From Schizosaccharomyces osmophilus (taxonomy: Eukaryota), in NCBI RefSeq assembly GCF_027921745.1, contig NC_079239.1:3348001-3412000 (forward strand): a stretch of DNA of 64,000 nucleotides, read 5' to 3'. The notes under the pieces are model-generated. The model was given only the letters and a program-made list of their open reading frames with translations. It did not search any database and was not told where the DNA came from. Within the stretch, counting starts at the first letter, position 1; each line of letters starts with the position of its first letter. Position numbers and translations under genes: made by a program. Positions 59,647 to 64,000 of the stretch are shown here, in pieces.

Positions 59647-61416
59647 ATGGACTCGTCGCCTTCACCTCCTCAATATGTACCTGAAACAAGGGTGTATTCC
59701 TATTCAAACCGTAACTTATCTAATGAACATGCAGATATTGATGAAAAGAAGCCCGCTGTTGTTGAACAGTCTGAAGTCTCTGTCGGTGAAGTTGACATTG
59801 TCCAACCGAAAGGATGGTTTTCCGATTTCGTTGATGGTTTTCGTTTGGCTAATACAGATGATGGTACTCCTGAACATGGTCTTAAGCGGAAACTCAAGTC
59901 TCGGCATATCCAAATGATTGCTATAGGAGGAGCCATTGGTACTGGTGTTTGGGTTGGTAGCGGGCAATCTTTAGCTACTGGAGGTGCTGCATCTGTCTTA
60001 ATTAATTATATTCTGGTCGGCACCATGGTTTTTTTTACCGTGTATAACCTGGGTGAATTATGCGTCGCCTTCCCTACTCGCGGTGGTTACATTACACATG
60101 CTACTCGTTTTATTGATGACTCTTGGGGATTTGCCTTGAGCTGGAACTATGTCATGGGTCCCATCGCTAGTATTCCGCTTGAACTTACCACTAGTACAAT
60201 GGTCATGCGTTACTGGACAGACCTCAATGCGGGTATATGGGTCACAATTTTCATTTTCTTTCTTATTTCCGCAAACACATTTGGTGTACGACTCTATGGA
60301 GAGCTCGAATATTTCTTGTCCACAATAAAAATTGCAGCAATGTTTGGTTTCATCATCCTTGGCATTATTATCAATTGTGGTGGTGTCCCCACAGACCACC
60401 GAGGCTACATTGGGACCCACTTGTTTCGAGAAAATGCGTTTCGAAATGGATTTAAAGGATTTTGCTCAGTTTTTACCACAGCCGCCTTTTCTTTTTCCGG
60501 TACCGAATACGTAGGAGTTGCTGCTGCTGAAACCGACAACCCTGCCAAGGCTTTCCCAAAGGCTGTTCGCCAAACTTTTTTTCGTATTGCCATTTTTTAT
60601 ATCTTTTCTCTTCTCATCGTAGGTCTGCTCGTTAGTGGTGCCGACCCTCGCCTAACTTCTTATAGCGGGGTGGATGCCAGTCCCTTCGTCCTAGCCATCA
60701 AAGACGCAAACATTAAAGCCTTACCTTCAATTCTAAACGCCGTTATTTTAATTTCTGTTATATCTTCTGCGAATGCAACACTCTATGCAGGAAGTCGCGC
60801 TATTCATTCTTTAGGCTGTAATGGGTTCGCCCCAAAATGCTTCGGCTGGGTAGATCGTTCTGGCCGTCCTATCATTGCTCTTCTCATTCTTTTTTTCTTT
60901 ATGCCTTTGGCATATTTGGTAGAAACGGGAAAAAGTACAACTGTGTTTAACTGGCTTCTGTCTATTTCTAGCCTTGGCACTTTGTTTACCTGGGGGAGCA
61001 TCAATTTAGCCTATATTCGTTATCGTTCTGCTATGAAACATCAACAGCGTAGCGTGAAACAGATTGGTTTTCGCTCTCCTTTTGGTATCTATGCCGCCTG
61101 GTATGCCTTTGGCTTTATTTGCTTGGTATTAGTAGCTGAATTTTATGTTTCAGTTAGCCCCATTAGCGGAAAATCGAGTGCGAATTCCTTTTTTATGAAC
61201 TATTTATCAGCGATTATTATTTTGGTTTTTTTTGTTGTTCACAAACTTATCTACAGAACTCCGATCATTACCTCCAGTAGTATGGACATCGAAACTGACT
61301 TGGCCTGTGTAGTACCGTCAGAGAAAGATCAAGAAAAACTCGAGACGACCGGCTTTGGGTCACTTCAAAATGCCATTAAGAAAATGCTATTTTTTTTAAA
61401 AACATATTTTCCTTGA
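59647..61416 (+). CDS. Amino-acid permease (APC/YAT family; Gap1/Cat1/Isp5-like)
   Basis: LKRKLKSRHIQMIAIGGAIGTG, GVRLYGELEY, AAFSFSGTE, ASPFVLA, about 12 hydrophobic segments. First ATG at 59647. Confidence 0.95.
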   Translation: MDSSPSPPQYVPETRVYSYSNRNLSNEHADIDEKKPAVVEQSEVSVGEVDIVQPKGWFSDFVDGFRLANTDDGTPEHGLKRKLKSRHIQMIAIGGAIGTGVWVGSGQSLATGGAASVLINYILVGTMVFFTVYNLGELCVAFPTRGGYITHATRFIDDSWGFALSWNYVMGPIASIPLELTTSTMVMRYWTDLNAGIWVTIFIFFLISANTFGVRLYGELEYFLSTIKIAAMFGFIILGIIINCGGVPTDHRGYIGTHLFRENAFRNGFKGFCSVFTTAAFSFSGTEYVGVAAAETDNPAKAFPKAVRQTFFRIAIFYIFSLLIVGLLVSGADPRLTSYSGVDASPFVLAIKDANIKALPSILNAVILISVISSANATLYAGSRAIHSLGCNGFAPKCFGWVDRSGRPIIALLILFFFMPLAYLVETGKSTTVFNWLLSISSLGTLFTWGSINLAYIRYRSAMKHQQRSVKQIGFRSPFGIYAAWYAFGFICLVLVAEFYVSVSPISGKSSANSFFMNYLSAIIILVFFVVHKLIYRTPIITSSSMDIETDLACVVPSEKDQEKLETTGFGSLQNAIKKMLFFLKTYFP

Positions 61417-61547
61417 TGATTCTTTTCTACGGATATTCGTTTCCCATTCTTATTTTTTACGCTCATTTTCGCTGCTTTAAGCGAATGTATTTATGTTTCT
61501 GCAACTTCGCTCGTTAGTTTATTGCAAATACTACTCAACTCTATTCA

Positions 61548-61758
61548 TGTTTACCTTTTCACCGTAACGAACTTTAGGTGTGGACAGATTCTTTCCATGT
61601 TTACATAGACAATGCAGAGTTTCAAGAATTCTCAAACAATCCTTTCTGTGAGAGTTTGTAGTATTTTTGACGATATGAGAACAGAAATTATTTCAAGTGT
61701 ATTTTGCTTGAATGTGGTAGTCTGAGTTTTCCTATTTGCTACTTGCTGCTTTGTTTAT
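61548..61758. promoter_or_regulatory. FLEX (Mei4/forkhead) motifs upstream of the wtf-like gene
   Basis: TGTTTAC at 61548-61554 and 61598-61604. TTTGTTTAT at 61750-61758 runs into TATATAA. Confidence 0.5.
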
Positions 61759-61867
61759 ATAAGGAAGGGGTTTTGACTTGGGAGCATCTCAATTCCATTC
61801 AACCAGAACCATTATCAAATTTTACTTTACAAATAGATGTCTATTAATAATAGTTTCATTACTTGCA

Positions 61868-63020
61868 ATGAGTTCCAACAGTCATAATTCAAGTCGTGCA
61901 CCGTCAGAGCAAACACGATTACTAGATAGTCGCGACGAAAGTTCTAGCCAAAATGATACCAAGTTTACTCACTTTTTTGTAACGATTTCTGTGGGATACG
62001 CTTATGCTATTATCAATTTACTTTCCTTCTACTATTCTGATCGGGGTCCTTTTTTCGTTACTGGTGGGTCACAAATAGCTTTCTGGGGAATCTACAGCAT
62101 TGGATTAATTTCTTCCACGGCACTTCGAATTCGTATGTAAATACTTAAAGTTCTCTCGAGAGAGTATGACTTCCTTATATGCTAACTTCAACCTTAGGAC
62201 AGACGAAAGATGCCATTGTATTCGTTAAACACTGGTTACTGGGATGCTTTATGACAATTCTTTATTTTTTAATATTTATCTCATACCTCCAGGATCATAT
62301 GTACTCTTTGGACCCTCCTAAACGTCCAGTCGACCTTCCTCGATGGATATGGATTATCATCGGTTTGGTTTTGTGTGGATCCATTGAATCACACGCATGT
62401 AAGAAACCTAAAAGGTCAATTGAAATAGCTAATATCCAAAAAAAAAACTAGATTGTATAAAAAACTCTAACGATATTCTGGTTGCCGTTCTGATGACAAT
62501 AACTTATGTGGTTCTTTTATGCCCCATGCCTCTGTTTCTGTCGCAGATGGGGTTATTATTTCCTTTAAAATGGCTAATTTCTTCCCCAAATTTTTTTGTC
62601 CTTTCCTTGATGTCCTTTTGCGCTATCACATTATACCAAACTTGTAAGTGTTCGTCTTGTTTACAGTCGCTGACTTTTAGCTTCTTTCGAAATGGCTTTA
62701 TACTGGAAGAAAAAATTTATTGTGGCTTGTTTAAAATCTTTTTGTTTTACTTCTTGTGTAGGCACTCCTGCTTTCATTTCAGCATTTACAAAGCATATGA
62801 AGGGAACCGATAGCTTGCCAAAAGGATTTTGGTATGCCATGGCTGCTACTGCAGATGCTCTAGCAATCCTAGAGGCGAGTAAGGATGAATTTTTATAACA
62901 ATTGTTATTTTTCTGACATTCATAGTGTACCCGGGTGCTTTATACAGAATATATCGTGGCATAAAAGATCCCCTTTGGAATTCTAAACCGACAAATGATG
63001 ACCCAACGGAAGAAGTCTGA
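61868..63020 (+). CDS. 5-exon multi-pass membrane protein (~316 aa), wtf-like; exons 61868-62132, 62198-62398, 62452-62643, 62681-62878, 62926-63020
   Basis: Four phase-1 introns with canonical donors (GTATGT, GTAAGA, GTAAGT, GTAAGG), CTRAY branch sites and TAG acceptors join four ORF-track fragments and a fifth exon into one open frame. The gene structure is well supported; the wtf identity is less certain. Confidence 0.75.
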
Positions 63021-63609
63021 GCTATTCTAACGTCGCTTTGGGATGGAAAGGTAAAAGATCGAAGAATACCCATCACCACCGCTTGCTAATTGTTGATCCA
63101 TTGGAATTTATACTTCTACATATTCTACTCGTTACAATGGGTCTTGATGACTTTTGATAACTTTGATATATTTATATTCTTAGAACTTGATAAAAAAAAT
63201 AAAAAAGGAGCAAAATAATCAACTACGTTTCTCTACTATTTGGTAGAGACACTAGCTAATTCGTGTCAACACAAGCAATGGCCATCCATACCTTTATGAA
63301 GAAATTAGATTATTACTATACATATATTAAGTGCCGAATCCACTCCTGGCAAACGTATGCTCTAAAGGTATTAAAATAATTATTTCTTTTTTATTTTTTA
63401 TTTCTTATTTTTTATTTTTTTTTTTTTACTGTTTTGTTCATATGATTGTTTTTATGTAATTACGTGTAGGATCAACTGAAAAGAAAACTTTCGAAGTCGT
63501 TTACATCAAAACATTACTCCTTCATGACGTTCAGGCATCGGATCGTGTACATACAAATGGAACAGAAATACGCTTGGGAGAAACAAACATCTTTACCTGC
63601 TACAATACC

Positions 63610-64000
63610 ATGCCAGGAGCTTCGCAAATATTCACCCGGGTTAACCTCCCGCCGAAGGTTGAACGCGCGAAAAAAGACCCCGAATTAACAGAATGGATGT
63701 CTCGTCATGGTCCTGTTTTAGGCTCGCATCAACCACTGACAGTTCAAAGAAGCGAACACGACGCTTTTATTACCAAAAGCCCATACAATATTGGAAAAAT
63801 TGAGCATACAGCGCTTAATGGACCTCACGGCACAATCCCTGTCAGAGTTTACCATGCTTCGAAGCGCGGTCCTGCTCATGGAGCAGCATTGATTTATTTA
63901 CACGGAGGAGGCTATACAGTCGGCACACTTGATCAGTTCGACAATGCCATGAGAATTTTTTCAGAAGTTAGCGGCTGTCAAGTGTATAACGTCGATTACA
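63610..64000 (+). CDS. HSL-family (Abhydrolase_3) esterase/lipase, 5' part; runs off the window
   Basis: MPGASQIF...GPHGTIPVRVYH...AALIYLHGGGYTVGTLDQFD...SGCQVYNVDY. HGGG oxyanion motif and VDY(R) motif. No stop before 64000. Confidence 0.85.
   Translation, partial: MPGASQIFTRVNLPPKVERAKKDPELTEWMSRHGPVLGSHQPLTVQRSEHDAFITKSPYNIGKIEHTALNGPHGTIPVRVYHASKRGPAHGAALIYLHGGGYTVGTLDQFDNAMRIFSEVSGCQVYNVDY

Noticed and set aside
61612..61725. Short ORF MQSFKNSQTILSVRVC... as the missing wtf antidote exon 1
   Set aside because: It has no PY motif and no canonical branch site/acceptor that splices it in frame to the 61868 exon.
61417..64000. 5S rDNA or LTR flanking the wtf-like gene
   Set aside because: I recognised no 5S rRNA sequence or TG...CA LTR by eye. 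A degenerate copy cannot be excluded without a search.
1..64000. CRISPR arrays, transposase or retrotransposon ORFs, rRNA genes
   Set aside because: None seen. The window is eukaryotic, and all long ORFs are explained by host genes.

Overview
Gene-dense, AT-rich eukaryotic DNA with short GT-AG introns and CTRAY branch sites. It comes from a fission yeast (Schizosaccharomyces): the proteins match S. pombe orthologues recognisably but are diverged, which suggests the octosporus/cryophilus/osmophilus clade, though the species cannot be fixed from sequence alone. Bases 0.4-21.7 kb follow the S. pombe SPAC11E3 gene order as I recall it: pcs1, ubc13, sea3, map1, vma4, nse6, pyp3, a VanZ-like gene, syt22, a complex I 24-kDa-like gene and gas5. 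A lone WRAP53/Gnr1-like WD gene follows. Bases 25.5-53.4 kb follow the SPBC1539/SPBC1289 order: nop16, chr4/cfh3, uap2, spi1, pob1, vma10, ppr8, rpc40, uap1, tim21, adn2, spf38 and usp109, with an extra, apparently decayed cytochrome b5 gene. The last ~10 kb is an accessory block. It holds a Zn2Cys6 factor divergent from an amino-acid permease, with five CGG-N5-CCG sites and two divergent tRNA genes between them, then a 5-exon multi-pass membrane gene, then the start of an HSL-family esterase. The 5-exon gene is the most interesting item. The ORF track splits it into four pieces. It resembles wtf meiotic drivers (all phase-1 introns, last exon MYPGALYR..., EEV end, upstream FLEX motifs), but it lacks the PY-motif antidote exon and instead carries an AP-3-type dileucine signal. 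Gene symbols and synteny come from my recall of S. pombe, not from database searches.
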